The notes: generated by a model from the letters alone, not told the origin. A stretch of 64,000 bases of DNA from Chiloscyllium plagiosum (GCF_004010195.1 NC_057719.1:76050882-76114881); one strand, 5' to 3'. Positions 36,053 through 50,867 are shown, counted from the stretch's first letter. A program made the numbers and translations.

Positions 36053-39000
36053 TGGCACTAACTGGCATCATTCTGAGCTCTAGCCTTACTGTCCTTCACA
36101 CAGCCCAAAGCATGGTTTCAATATTCTAGGGGTTCTGTATGATTTATCCTCATTTCATTGATCTATGTAAGGAGAGCAATAAATCAATGCTATCATTTAC
36201 ACTTAACCTCAGCAGGGAAATGAATTGGCAAGCAATTCCAATCCTTATGTCCATCTAGTGATTCCTGCTGAAATATATGCAAAGTTATGCCATGTTGGTG
36301 AATGACCATGATGGCCTCCATATCATCTCTTTGCAGGTTTCTATGGACGTGCCTCACCAACATTAGCATTCTTTGTGTGCCAGGCTGAGCTGGCATAATG
36401 GCACAAGGGGAGAGAGCAATGTAGAGACCACTGTATTTTGAATTCCTGGTAAAATCTCTGTGAACATTCTAAGCAACTGCGTCAAATAAAAATGAGCAAT
36501 TGATTACACATCTCTGATTTTTGTGACTGCTTTCCTTGTGGAGCTTTGGAAGAGTCACAGTGGGTCTCACTGACACCAGCTACTCATCCCAACGGGAAAG
36601 TCTTACTGTGTTTCACTTGCCCTCAAAAACGTAGTAACTGCTGAGTCATGTTGCTGCGGGTGTTTCGAAAGAGAGTTTGCCCTTGTTTGGGCTGCTTGTT
36701 AATATTGATTGGGAAACACAGAGTCAGGCCAACAATAGTTCTCAACAGGTTGGGATTTTGATCCTAGATGGTAGGAGTGGGAGTTAGGAAATTTCCTGAC
36801 TCAGCACTCTGACCTGGAGAGAAACTGCCTGCAAAGGAGTGATTTCCATTCCTATGTATCTCGAGTCATGACCACTGCCCCTGGAAGCAGTTCAAAGGCA
36901 TCCACTGGGGCTGCCAACCACCACAATGGGCTGGTTAAAAGACTTTACCTCAGGTATCATCTTTAGTGTTAGGCCATCTATCCTTCAACACCATGCTCCG
37001 CACTCACACTTGCTTTGTCCCATCCATGCCAATGCACACTCCTCTACCCACCAATGGCTCCTCTTAACCTCCATTCCAACCTTTGCCTCTCATTCTATCC
37101 TCAATGGCACTTTATACACTTCATGCCAACCTATACTCCTCCTAAGCACCATATCAACCTGTTCCCCTCCATCTGTCACCAATGGTCCCACATACCCTCC
37201 ATGCCAACTTGTGGCACCTTTAGACTCAATGATCCCTGTAGTGACATACATACAAAGCTTTCCAAAATAAATTCTAGCTTTCTTGTCAAAAAAAAGCTTT
37301 GACTACAGCCCTATAAAAGTGTTAATCACCCAGACCCTAATCATGCAGTTTCAATAGCAGAAACTAGAAGCATTTGACACTTCATTATCCTATGCACGTA
37401 ATTATTGTACAATTATTGTACAATAGATAAAATCAATTCAAGAGAATTGGCTATCAGTCAAGCGATGTGTGTTGCTGCTTCAACAGACTGCAGCAAGTAA
37501 TTCACCTCCAAATCCTATCCACTACCAATAAGTCACATGTCAGGAGTGTGATGGAATATTCCCCATTTGCATGGGTGGGTGCGAGTCCAAAACGTTCAAG
37601 AAACTTGACACTATGCAGCACAAAGCAGTCTGCTTGATTGGCACCACACTCCCTCCAGTAGCAGCCAATTCTACTATCTAAAACAGGCAATGCCGAAATC
37701 CACCAAAGATCCTTTGACAGTACATTTTAAACCAATGTACACTTCAGTCTAGAAGGACTAGAGCAGTTGATACACTGGGATAGCATCACCTGCAAATTCT
37801 CCTCCAAGCCACTCACCATCCCCAGTTGAAAATATATTGCTTTGCTTTATCTTTTCTGTATTGCTGGGTCAAAATCTTGGAATTCCCTCCCTAAGGGCAT
37901 TGTGGGTCTACCTCCAGCACATGGACTGCAGCGATTCAAGATGGCAGCTCACCACCAACATCATGAGGGCAACTAGGGACAGGTAATAAATGGCCACATC
38001 CTATGAGTGAATAAAAAAAATGGCTGGGCTTGGTTAACTCAGTTGGCTGGACAGCTAGTTACTGAAGCAGAGAAATACCAAGTTCCCACAGTAGCTGAGG
38101 TTACCATGAAGGACTCTCCAGCTCAACTTCTCCCCTTGCCAGAGGTGTGCTGACCCTCAGGTCAAACCACCACCAGTTGTCTCTCTTTCTCTAATGAGAG
38201 AGCTGCTCCATGGCTCAGTAGGACCATGGCAACATAACCTTTACCTTAATAAACTGTGGATGCTGGAAATCTGGAACAAAAACAAAAACCGCTGGCAGAA
38301 AACACAGCAGGTCTGGCAGCATCTATGGATCACCAGACTTGAAACATTAACTCTGCTTTCTCTCCACAGATGCTGTCTCACCTGCTGTGTTTCACCAGCA
38401 GTTTCTGCTAACCTTTACCTGACATGGCTGGGCTCTCACACAGGCCCATTGCTGGCATAGAGAGGCATGGACATGATTTTATGAACTTCGCACCAAAAGG
38501 TTCCCTCTACTGAAACAAGGCCCACGATGCCTCAAGATTAAAATGGATCACAAGTCCTTGAAAAGTTGGCCAAACACCACAACAATGCAATGGACTGGGA
38601 GATTCCTATCGCCGGGATGGAGTGAAGAGTAGCCGGGGTCAGCAGTGTAGGGTGCATGCTTGCTGGCTACTCTGTCCCAAACTGGCGAAAACTGAGGGAA
38701 ACAGGAAACGGGACTGGAAATCATACAATAGGGTCCTCATCCAGTATTTTTAAAAGTGCACAGAACCTCGTTGACTCTGAAAATACAGTTGATCATCACC
38801 TCAGGAGCTCAAGCTGAAAATCCCACTATCTGGGAACTATCGCTTCAAACAGTTAAATCCCTGACCACAGTATAAAGCATCTCCCCAACTGGAACAAGCT
38901 CAGTTGCATTTACTCCTTTTCACCATGTCTAGTGTAAATCTAAACTGAAGGTAAATTCCATTGTGTCACTGATAAAGATATACAGTGTACTGGATGTTAG

Positions 39001-39499
39001 AGACACATGGGAGAGGAGACAGAGTGAGAAAGAAAGTAGAAATAAAATCGGTATTGGTTTCATTTTCTTCCCCTTTATTTTATTTCTCTCACTTAAAATT
39101 AATTTTAATAGGCTTTAAGAGCCATACTCCTGACAGTGGAGTTGGCCTTTCTGACATTTACCAGCTACTTTAAATGGATAGTGTTTAACACCACGCAGGG
39201 AAGCAATTATATCATAAAACAAAGTACTGTGGATACTGGAGACCTGAAACAACCAAATAACTGTCCAGTTCTGGTGAAGAGTCACTGGACTTGAAACATT
39301 AACATTAACAGATAGTGCAAAGCCTGCTGAGTTTCTCCAGAAAGTTCTATTTTTGTTTATTGAAAACAAATATCATTTTGCGGAAGATAAAGAGGGATCC
39401 AGTGTAGTTGGAAACCCCTCATTTCTGCAGGTAACCCTCGCAGAGTTATGGAGAGGTTTCTGGTGAGTACAAATATGATTTGGAGAAGGTGTAGCTTGC

Positions 39500-40456
39500 C
39501 TCATTAGCAAGTTTGCAGATGACACCAAAATTGGTGGAGTAGCAGATAGTGAAGGAGACTGTCAGAGAATACAGCAGAACATAGATAGGTTGGAGAGTTG
39601 AACAGAGAAACAGCAGATGGAGTTCAATACGGACAAATGCGAGGTGATGCGGTTTGGAAGATCCAATTCAAGAGTGAACTATACTGTAAATGGAAAAGTC
39701 CTGGGGAAAATTGATGGTCAGAAAGATCTGGGTCTATTATTCAGGTCTATTGTTCTATGAAAGTGGCAACACAGGTCAGTAGAGTGGTCAAGAAGGCAGA
39801 CAGCATGGTTTCCTTCATCAGATAGGGTATTGAGTACAAGAGTTGGCAGGTCATGTTACAGTTGTATAAGACTTTGGTTCGACCACATTTGGAATATCGC
39901 GTACAGTTCTGGTCACCACATGACCAAAAGGAGATGGATGTTTTGGAGAGGGTGTAGAGGAGGTTCATCAGGAAGTTGCCTGGTAAGGAGAGTGCTAGAG
40001 GAGAATTTGAGTAAATTAGGATTATTTTCATTAGAAAGACAGAGGTTGGGGGGTGGGGGTAGGGGTGTGGGGGGGGGGGAAGAACCTGATTGAGGCCTAC
40101 AAAATCATGAAAGGTGTAGTCAAGGTGGATAGCAAGAAGCTTTTTCCCAGAGTGGAGGACTCAATTACTAGGGACCATGAGTTCAAAGTGAGAGAGGAAA
40201 AGCTTAGGGGAGATATGCGTAGAAAGTTCTTCATGCAGAGGGTGATGGGTGCCTAGAATGCATTTCCAGCAGAGGTGGTAGGGGCAGGAACGATAGCATT
40301 ATTTAAGATGTATCTAGCAGATACATGAATGGGCAGGGAGCAGAAGGATACAGATTTTTAGAAAATAGATAGCTGATTTAGATAGAGGATCTGGATCAGT
40401 GCGGGCTTGGAGGGCCGAAGGGCCTGTTCCTGTGCTGTAATGTTCTTTGTTCCTTG
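39500..40456 (+). mobile_element. CR1 3' fragment
   Basis: aagtttgcagatgacaccaaa (FADDTK) through a 3' UTR ending gcctgttcctgtgctgtaatgttctttgttc. Confidence 0.88.
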
Positions 40457-41173
40457 TTCTGCATTCCCATTGAAACCGAAGTGAAATCTTTGGGATACAT
40501 AGCTAATTGATCGAACAGTTAAAGGAAGGATGAGTTCTGAGGACATTGCGATTTTCAACATTTTTTACTGAGTTGAGGGGATGTGCATTGTTTCTCCACC
40601 TATCATTTGTTCCTCACTCCTCACCCTCCACCACCATTACCACCGCCCCTTCCACCTTCCCCCCCTCCCCCAACCCTATCTTCTGCATATAAACTAACTT
40701 TTTCCTGGCTACCATCAGTTTTTGAGGAATGGTCACTAGACCCAAAATATTAACTTGATTTCTCTCCAAAGATGCTGCCAGACCAGCTGAGCTTTTCCAG
40801 CAATTTCTGTTTATGTTTTTGTACATTGTTACAAATCTGGAGTCACATGTAGGCCAGACCAGGTAAGGATGGCAGATTTCCTTCCCGAATGGACATTAGT
40901 GAACCAGATGGGTTTTCATCACAATTGACAGTGACATGATTGCCATTAAGATAGCTGTTTATTCCAAATTTTATTGAATTCACATTTCATTGTGGGAAAT
41001 AGAATCCATGTTCTGCCAGAATACTAATCTTGCTAATCTAGTAGCATTACTGCTACATTACTGTACCAAGAAGTAGGCTTATTTTAATGTAAAAAGGTTA
41101 AAAAAAAGTGAAACTATTGAAGAAAATATTGAGAATCCAAAATAAATAGGAATAATCCACAACAACCAGCAGA

Positions 41174-41880
41174 CAGAGCAATCACAAGAGTATTCTGGTG
41201 CAGGAGGAGACCATCTGCCCCATTATGCCTGCACACGTTCTTCAAACTACTATCATTCTGGATTAGTGGTGCTGGAAGAGCACAGCAGTTCAGGCAGCAT
41301 CTGAGGAGCAGTAAAATCGACGTTTCGGGCAAAAGCCCTTCATCAGGAATACAGGCAGAGAGCGTGAAGGGTCTAGTATTGTAGACTGGGGGATTGCTTC
41401 ACAGAACACTTACATTCTATTCACAAAAAAGACCCTGGGTTTCCAGTTGCCTACCACTTCAACACACCATCCCTGTTCCTGGCCAACATCTCTGTCTCTG
41501 GCTTGCTGCAGTGCTCCAGCAAAGCTCAGAGCAATCACAAGAGTATTCTGGTGCAGGAGGAGACCATCTGCCCCATTATGCTTGCACACGTTCTTCAAAT
41601 TACTATCATTCTGGATTAGTGGAGCTGGAAGAGCACAGCAGTTCAGGCAGCATCTGAGGAGCAGTAAAATCGACGTTTCGGGCAAAAGCCCTTCATCAGG
41701 AATACAGGCAGAGAGCCTGAAGGGTCTAGTATTGTAGACTGGGGGATTGCTTCACAGAACACTTACATTCTATTCACAAAAAAGACCCTGGGTTTCCAGT
41801 TGCCTACCACTTCAACACACCATCCCTGTTCCTGGCCAACATCTCTGTCTCTGGCTTGCTGCAGTGCTCCAGCAAAGCTC
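41174..41880. repeat. Tandem duplication, 2 x 353 bp
   Basis: 41174-41526 is repeated at 41527-41879, with about 4 substitutions seen. Each unit contains a PLE hammerhead end. Confidence 0.93.
41319..41346 (-). ncRNA. Minimal hammerhead ribozyme motif (second copy at 41672-41699)
   Basis: CUGAUGA-A-GGGC-UUUU-GCCC-GAAA-C-GUC: both catalytic boxes, a 4-bp stem II and a GUC triplet. Confidence 0.7.
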
Positions 41881-42300
41881 AGCGCAAGCTGCTTGGGAAC
41901 TCTACAGCCTTCTGGATTCAATATCAAGTTTAACAATTTTAGGGCTTGAGGCATTTTCTCCCATGCCCTTACCCCAATCCCCACACACCAGACCTTGTTA
42001 TCACATGACCTGCTATTACACACAACACACTGTTAGTCACTAATAGTCCCCAGTCATTCTCCCAAGCTGATGTTATCCACTCCTTTGTCTGTCCAACTGT
42101 TCTTCTCTCTGTTTGGGTTCCATCTCCACCTTGCATTTACTCGTTACCCCCTCCCCTCACCCTATCTTCCGCTTTAAAAACAACTTCCTTCCAATTATAC
42201 CAGTTTGGAGGAAAGTCATTGGACCTGGAATATTAAATCTGACTCCTCTCCACGGGTGCTGTCAGACCTGCTGAGCTTTTCCAGCAATTTCCGTTGTTGT
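41720..42300 (+). mobile_element. Older PLE 3' fragment (GIY-YIG C-terminus and terminal repeat)
   Basis: PVAYHFN...ISVSGLLQCSSKAQRKL...LGTLQPSGFNIKFNNFRA*, followed by a pyrimidine tract and a decayed terminal repeat. Confidence 0.7.
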
Positions 42301-43777
42301 TTCATTACCTAGTGGTATTTCCTGCCCCATCCCCATACCCATGCACTCTATCTCTATCCATATAATCACCCGATACTCTCTTGAATGCCTCAATTGAAAC
42401 TGCCTCCAGCACATTTCCAGACAGTGCATTCCATAGGTTTTATGCAAAAGTTTGTTTTGAGCTCAAAGTAAATGGTCATTTCTTAGGATACATGGCTTAA
42501 GTGAGGAAGCATTTTTCGCAAGACATGATAACTAGATTCTACCAAGCACTGTTTCCTATCCCCCTTTGCTTTGGTGTACTATTCCAGGTACCAAATCATG
42601 AGAGGAAATATCCCCGGTCTTGGAGGGAGTGGGCAGAAAGTCAAGTGAGATTATAAATGGGATTGGGATTGAACTATGAAGCTGAACATGAAGAGGAGTA
42701 GAGACATTGATGTTGAAAAGAGGTTAGGCATGAGATACCTGACTAAACTATTTAAAAATCAATGGAATCAATAAACTGAATACTCGCTTGATCAAGATCA
42801 ATACAAACTCAGAAAAGAGGTCAGTCCGTGTCAATGATCTGTTGAGAAACTGCGGGTGAAGGATATAGATTTCAGGAGAATAACAGACACATTCTTGGCA
42901 ATAGCAGAGATAAAAAGGGTTAAGAAGTCTGTGACATTTGTGACAGGTCCAGAGTGGTTATAACAAGGTGGTGTTTGGTCTATGTTTCTAACTTAAACAA
43001 ACCTATCCTTGCTCACCATGAATGCCTAATGAGGCACCATGAGTTGCTTGATAATTTTAAGGAATTAGAATTATTGCTCCAAGCGTTCTTGACCTGAACT
43101 CCAAAGGAGTTTTACCACATCAGTGTAGTTAACTTGCAAATTCACACGGTATTGCATTTCCAACCTACCATTTTTCTGTTTGGACACCTCACTGAGTTAC
43201 AAATTTCAGATTGGAAAAGGATCTCCATTCTGTACATAATACTAACAAAATTTAAATCAACGAAAATATATCGCATAGTCAGCATCATTACTATGCAAGT
43301 GCCTTTCATTTCACAGTATTCCCAGTTTTCTGATTTATCAACCCTTAATGGGATGAAATATTGGCAATGAGTTCCCTTATTTTATTCATTCTAATTATCT
43401 TCCAGCCATAATTTTATTTTGCTTGGAAGGCAATAATAATAACTGAGATTAAAGTCTTCCACTAATATAGAAAACACTTTGTTGCTACAAAACTGAACCA
43501 GAAACAATTCACAATCATGTCACTATGTATTTTACCTCTCACAGGCAGCTGGATGAAAAACTGGAGCTTATTTTACAAATCAATCCAAGCATCACAAACA
43601 ACACTCGACCTAGAAAACCCATCCCCACCTGACGCGCTCAGCTGTTTGGTCTTCGACTGTGAGGGCCTGTTCACTGATCTATGCTCACTGTGCTGGATTT
43701 TTTACATGTAGTTGTCAAATCAGAACAAAACAGATAGAGACTACAGAAACTACCAGAAGATGAGCAATAATGTGGAA

Positions 43778-44365
43778 CATATAACAAAGAACAGTACAGC
43801 ACAGTACAGGCCTTTCAGCACACGATGTTGTGCCAAGCTTTATCTTAAACTAAGATCTTAACCTATCACACTCTCAGCTACCTTCCCCCCACCCCTCCCA
43901 TTTATCTCACCACCCCCTCAGCTCACAGTCTCATTCTTGATGAAGGGCTTTTGCCCGAAACGTCGGTTTGCCTGCTCCTCGGATGCTACCTGGCCTGCTG
44001 TGCTTTTCCAGCACCACACTCTCAACTCACATCTCCATCTGTAGTCCTCACTTTAACCCAAGATCAACCTAACCTACTCCTCAATTTACTGCTGTCCATG
44101 TGCTTGTCCAGCAATCACTTAAATGTCCCTAATGTCTCTGACTCTACTACCACCGCTGGCAGTGCATTCCATGCACCAATCACTCCCTGATACCTCTGAT
44201 ATCTCCCCTACATCTTCCTCCAATCACTTTAAAATTATGACCACCCTCATGACAGCCATTTCAGCCCTGGGGAAAAGTCTCTGGCTATCTACTCTATCTA
44301 TGCCTCTTATTAACTTGTACACCTCTATCAAGCCACCTCTCTTCCTTCTTCTCTCCAGTGTAAAG
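43778..44365 (-). mobile_element. CR1 3' fragment with a + strand PLE end inserted at ~43862-44050
   Basis: Tail acaaagaacagtacagcacag. The insert carries ttgatgaagggcttttgcccgaaacgtc. Confidence 0.75.
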
Positions 44366-44831
44366 GACTAGTCCTGTGAATAAGCAGGACATTTTGTGAT
44401 TGCAGAGGGATTTCAAAACTCTTGTCAAGGAGCCTCTTGTGTATGTGTTGGCATTGCTATGAGGTATATAATTATACAAGACTGTCCTCAGCACATTCTC
44501 ACTGCCACTGAAACTCCGAATTATGCTTTTGATACATTCAGGTTCAACAGGTGGTATTTGCTCCTGGGAGTGGGAGAACTTAATTGGGTTTAAGTGAAAA
44601 TTCAGAGCCCCAATTGTTTTCAAATAAAGTTTGCTGCGTTTTAAAGGTCAGTTGAGTCTCTAGACAGCAATCGGTGGAAAATCCTTTTGTGGGCCTTTGC
44701 ATCTCACGCACGCTCACTAAAAGAATAAATCACTAGAATTATGTTCCACTGCCTAATCAAGTTCTGCGCAAGTGAAGAACACAAGCCTTTGGAGACGTGA
44801 CCGCATACAATTCATCTACCTACTCATTCTG

Positions 44832-44942
44832 GATCAGTGGTGCTGGAAGAGCACAGCAATTGTCGGATGCTGCCTGAACTGCTGTGCTCTTCCAGCACCA
44901 CTGATCCAGAATCTGGTTTCCAGCATCTGCAGTCATTGTTTT
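44832..44942. mobile_element. Miniature palindromic PLE-end insert
   Basis: Inverted arms gatcagtggtgctggaagagcacagca / tgctgtgctcttccagcaccactgatc. 15-bp duplication tacctactcattctg at 44817-44831 and 44943-44957. Confidence 0.85.
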
Positions 44943-46159
44943 TACCTACTCATTCTGCTGAGTGTCCAGTGCTTTCATCTCTTTGGATACTTGTTTGTTC
45001 TGCCAGGCTATTGGTTAAGTTACGTCTGCCGGGGTGTGGAACACGGAGTCATGCTAAGAGAGATAATCTATCCATGGCAAGGAGCCTGGCCAAAGGAGTG
45101 TCACCAAGGAAGGCACGAGGGGAGTAAACAGTTGCCAACCTTCAAGGATTGCCCTGGAGTCGCCAGGACTGAGAAATGTAATGTGACAAACAAAGTAGCA
45201 AAACAAAACCTCAAGAGAAATATCACAGGGCTGCATAATAAAAGGTTTTATTTTATCCATTTGGTGTAGGTGTGTCATTATTGAGCGGTAACATACTGGA
45301 TATGACAAAAAGGCTATTTCTTCAGTGGAACAATTGGAGATGGGAGATCAGATGCGAGAATCTGTGGAAAATGACCAAACATAGCTAAGGGAGTAGTGTG
45401 TTTGGAGTCAGGGGTGACCACAGGCTTCCATGCCACTTTTGACTATGTCCGGTCCCATACTGAGGTCATTGGCCCTGCATCCAACCTGAATGCAGTGGGG
45501 CCACTTAAAGCTCTGGATGCTAGTCCTTGAGCCCAGCCTGGAGCTGGGCATGCTCTGTGGGCCAGGCAACAAGGGTATTGTTGTCATGTAATTTGTGCTG
45601 AAGAAGTGGGCTAGGAGTTTTGGAGGGCAGGGAGTGCAGGATTTGAGATTAGGCTGAAACAAAAGGGTAAGATCACTGGAATTGAAGGAGGGGTCCTGAA
45701 GGTTAAACTGAGGGCAACGTGACCCCGTTGCTTTAGTGATAGTGAGGGACAAGGTATGCTGTGAGTCCTAGGGCCATTGGTGGGAGGTCAATGCTATCAA
45801 GATGGGGGAGGAATGTCTGGTTGGACTTCGGAGCACATGCTCTTGATAAAGGGTCAGGATTGAAGTGGAAATGGGAAGAGTAAAGGCATGTAGGTTAGCA
45901 CAGTTATTGGGTCCAAGGTAATGGGAGGAGGCTCAAGGTGAACAAGGGTGAGCTGGATTGTTATATTGGGACTGTCAGAGGCAATGGGGAGAAGATGGTG
46001 GTGACAGACAGAGGTTGGGATAGAACAGGGATTAAGATGTGGATGATGAAGATGTGGAAGGGGATGGTGATGAAGAATCCAGAGCAGCAGCATGACATGA
46101 CAGATAGACCTGTGGTAATCTCACTGTTGAGGAAACTCATGAGTTACTGACCATTTTTA

Positions 46160-46408
46160 GCTTTAAATTAAGGGGGGGTAGATATAGGACTGAAGTTAGG
46201 GGTAGGTTCTTCACTCAGCGAGTCGTAAGTTCATGGAATGCCCTGCCAGTAGCAGTGGTGGACTCTCCCTCTTTATGGGCATTTAAGCGGGCATTGGATA
46301 GGTATATGGAGGATAGTGGGTTAGTATAGGTTAGGTGGGCTTGGATCGGCGCAACATCGAGGGCCAAAGGGCCTGTACTGCGCTGTATTCTTCTATGTTC
46401 TATGTTCA
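46160..46408 (+). mobile_element. CR1 3' end
   Basis: RGRFFTQRVVSSWNALP-like segment with a (ttctatg)n tail. Confidence 0.85.
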
Positions 46409-49400
46409 TTTTGAGATCCTTTCTTGATAAAGATTATGAGACCCAGGATACTTTGAGTAAGGAGGGCTTTAATTTTGGACTCATCGATATTTTGCACTGT
46501 TTGTACAGTAAGAATAGCCTTTTGATTTTTAAGCAATTTTACTTTGCCTTTCCGTGACTAAACCACCAGAAGTTTAGGACCATATGGAGTGTGCGCTAGG
46601 GATTGCACTGACGGTGCTGTGTCACTCGTACCAGCATGTTTAGGTCCTTAATCTTCCAGAAAAAAGACATATTCATTAGATGGGGCTCAACTACAGGGAA
46701 AAATCCTCTGTCCCATCCCAGCAACAAGTAACTGTGCATGCCACATTGAGTATATCAGCTTTTTGCATGTGGCAAGCAATGTCTTCAGGCCTATATTAGA
46801 AATGGGGGTCAGTGGCTTGCCAGCGATAATCTGGGTGGGCATTCTCTGGTGGTCTAAAACCTTGGTCCATGTGGATTGTCTGCAGAGCTGCAGTGGCACT
46901 CTCCTTAGCTGACCTGCTGGAGGCGCTGTGGTCACTGACAGAGAGGAGATGGGGGACATTGTTGAGTCTCCTGGGATGAAGACCCCCCAGGTGCTCTCCT
47001 GTTTCCCCCTTCCCCACAATCTATCTGACCTCCTGATGAAAGGCACCCCTGGAATGAGGTCAAGAAGCTACAATGCCCTATCTCCTAGCCATTGAAGCCC
47101 TGGGCCGAGTGATGGAGTGAAGGTCCAAAGTGTATATTAGCAGAGACTGGTTGTCTCGCTGGAGCTGGCTTTTCATGGCAGCTACCACCCATCCAATGAG
47201 CCAGCCACTCATGCTGGAACTACATCATCAGCCAGAACATGGACGCCGGCTCCTCCAACCTTCACTCCAGTCTGTGTGTGGGCACTAGCAACTCCCGCTT
47301 GTCTCTGCATCTCCACTACTGTCTTATTGGCCGATTGGCACGAGTCTGTGACATACTCACCGCATTGCGAAGCCGAGCCTGCTCCAGATGGACTTCCCAG
47401 GTAGAGATGAATGTCTCTGCACTGGTGGAGGGCACACATGGTCACCATGGTGATGGATCCTGTGGAGGGCTCTTCAGCACTCTCTTCTGAAGTAAGCTGG
47501 AGAGGAAGGGGAGGTATGTCCTCCTCATCCGTGGTCCAAGACCAGAAGCTGTCATGATGAAGAGAGAGAATTTGTTTCCCTTCAAACAATGACTCTTCCT
47601 CAAGAATTATCATCGCCATGTACCAAAATTATGAACACCGTAATCCTCAACTGGATGGCTGGCCAATCCAACTTTTCCTTCGGAACAGGCACATTCCCAG
47701 TCTTCCCAGCTCTCTGTTGCTCAATGGGATCACACTACCTGACTGGGAATGCTGGGCATTCTCTTCAGCAGAGAGAGAGCAGCATTGGGTGGCTAATGCT
47801 TCTTCCTGCAGCCTCCTGAGTGTGTGTTTGACAGCCATTCAGAGAGTGTCCTGCATGTTACACATTACTCAGAGCATTACGTCTCTTTCATATACACATT
47901 CTGCAATCACTGGTGGTGATGCAGGTTACCCTTGTGTGACATACTTCAGCACATGCTAACTTCAAATGTTATATTCCACCTTGAGTGGAATTAAGCAATA
48001 TCTAGACTTTGATGCTTAGCCTGGTGGAGTGTAGCCGATCTAGGGTGGTACTGGGGCCATGTCTGCTGTGGACCCCATGCCCCACTGACTGACACTGCCA
48101 GCTCCACCCCATTTGCCTCGATTTGACACTGACACCTTCCGGCCATTTCTGGAGGATAATTTGCTGTGTGGCATCTCTGGAGCCATCATTGCTGAATTGT
48201 CTCAGGCAGTAGCATTTGTTGCCAGACAAGTGCAGAGAAGTCACCAAGTTCTCCGGGAGGACAGTAACAGAGACACTCCAGGGTTGCAGGCAACGGTTCC
48301 CTGTTTGACCGCCCTTTAAATATAGCACCCAGACCTCTGACCCCATGAGTCAGTGGGTGAGGCAATGACTTCCTTCCCACCCAGCCTCAAGATCTGCCCT
48401 TCTACCTGCTAGTGAGCTGAGCAGCACGCAATGACTAGGCAAATACAGAAGGCAGCTGAGGCCAACATACTGAATACTTTCAAAAAAGGAGTTAGACATA
48501 TTTCTTAGGGCTAAATCATTCTTAGGCAGAATGTGGGAACCAGATACTGAGTTGGATGGTTGGCTGTGATCATATTGCATCATAGAACATGTTTGAGGGG
48601 CTGAATGGCCTACACGTGCTCCTATTTTCTCTGTTTCCAAACCTGACTAGTTTTCTGATGAGGGAAAACGTGCTCTTCTCCACCCATTCTTGTAACTCAG
48701 ACTGTAAAGTGGAAGACTCCACCCACTTTTCTCCTGTCAGACCTGGAGGTTTCCTGTCTGCTGCCTGTGGTGCCCCACCTGTACTGCTGCAGGTCCTTCT
48801 CTGTCTGCGTCAGTGCAAGGCTGCGTCAGTGCTGTGACCCAGGTGGGGCACATGCCTGTGGTTGGATCTTTAGCTGAAGCTTGAACCTTGAACAAACGTG
48901 CTTAATTCCTTTAGACCCAGATATGGGCTTTAATGGTAGACAAACGCTATTGTGCTGAACTCTGCAAAGAATTGTATATTTTTTTTCAGTTTCATTTATT
49001 GCTGATTGTGGACTGAAATGAGAAAAGGACTGTTTTAAAAAAAAAACCAAGGGCTAGGGAAGCACTCACTGCACTTTTTAATATCAAGGTGACAGAACGT
49101 ATTGTGTTTACGCTGTTTTCTCTTCATTGCTTTTTGCGGGATGTTTACTGGAAACAAGCTCAACCAGGGGTGTGTGTATGAAGGAAGAATCAGCTGGCAA
49201 CAAGTAGCTGATTGGTCTGTGGATTGATGACCCGTTGTCAATGACAATAGTCTTCTGCCTGCCAACAGCTCTGTGATTGGCTCCCAGGCAGCTGATCAGT
49301 TTGTGGATGTGAGTGAAATAACCAGAAGCCTTTGCACCTACGGAAAGTGCTGCCTGTTTCTCTGTAATAAAAAATGTACCTGAAAGATTGATCTGTCCTC

Positions 49401-49711
49401 AGCAACTTGTACCATCTGTGCCTTTAAACCAAGAAGCTTTACAATGAGTGAACCAGTTGTACTGAAGCGAAGGAAGTGAAAACACTCAGGAAAGAGAGAG
49501 ATAAATTAACAGCAACCCCTGGCACGCCAAACAGATCATCTCAGCAAACTTTGGGCATACGGGTTATTGGGCTACCTTGCCAGAACTTCCCTGTCTGGAT
49601 GTGTGAGTGAAGGGGAGGTTTAGAAGGGGAATTAGTAAGTAGTAAGTAGTAGAGTTAAATATTAACAGTTCAAAGCTGTTTACCTGTAGTTAGAATCTTT
49701 TTATTTGTAAT

Positions 49712-50275
49712 AGAGGCACAGAAATAGGCCCTTCAGTCCAACTTGTCCATGCCGACCAGATATGTTAAATTAATCTAGTCCCATTTGCCAGCATTTGGTC
49801 CATATCCCTCTAAACACTTCTTATTCAAATACCCATTTGGCCTTTTAAATGCTGTAACTGTAACTAGCCTCCACCACTTCTTCTGGTAGCCCATTCCATA
49901 CGTGCATCACCCTCTGCAAGAAAATGTTGCCCCTTAGTTCCCTTTTATATCTTTCCGTTCTCCCCTTAAACCTATGTCGTCTTGTTCTGGACTCCCCCAC
50001 CCCAGGGTAAAGGACTTGTCTATTTATCCTATCCATGTTCCTCATGATTTTATATGCCTCTATAAGGTCACCCCTCAGCCTCCGATGCTCCAGGGAAAAT
50101 AGCCCCAGCCTATTCAGCCTCTCCCTATAGCTCAAACCCTCCAATCCTGGTAACATCCTTGTTAATCTTTTCTGAACCCTTCCAAGTTTCACAACATCCT
50201 TCTGATAGCAGGGAGACCAGAACTGAATGCAGTTTTCCAAAAGTGGCCTAACCAAAGTCCTGTACAACCATAACA
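49712..50275 (-). mobile_element. CR1 3' fragment
   Basis: LYRTLVRPLLENCIQFWSP...RLRGDLIEAYK in ORF 49845-50381. Confidence 0.88.
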
Positions 50276-50867
50276 TAAATTGTAATCCGTGTGAACTTCT
50301 AAAATCTGGCCAATGCTTTCTGTTAAGCTGGGTCTTCAAAAAACGGTAATTTGGGGAATGTTTGACTTTTGTTTTATTCATTCATGGCTGGACCAGCATT
50401 TGTCACCCATTCCTAATTGCTCAGAGGACAGTTAAGAGTCAACCACATTATTGTGGGTCTGGAATTACATGTAGGCCAGACCAGGTCAGGATGGCAGTTT
50501 CCTCCTCTAAAGGACATTAGTGAACAAGATGGGATTTTTTCCCCCAACAATTGATTTGTGGTCATCATTAGATTCTATTATTATTGAATTGAAATTCCAC
50601 TATCTGCCATGGCAGAATTCAAACACAGGTCTCCAGAACATTTCCTGGGTCTCTACATTAACAGTCCAGTAATAATATGACTAGGCCATTGCCTCCCACC
50701 TTGATACAATTGTTAACTTTTGTGATGTTTCCGACGAATAGCAGGGATTGATTCCTCCAATGCTAACTCAGTGGGGTGGGACAACTTATTCAGAGTTTCA
50801 TAATTCAAACCCCCAGAAAGGCAAGCTACATGAAAAGTAGATTATTTAACTTCTGTGGTTTTAAGTA

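Noticed and set aside
45400..48350. GC-richer block with several 60-136 aa ORFs; possible ancient DNA-transposon relic
   Set aside because: I could not support any catalytic motif, terminal inverted repeat or splice-consistent exon by eye.
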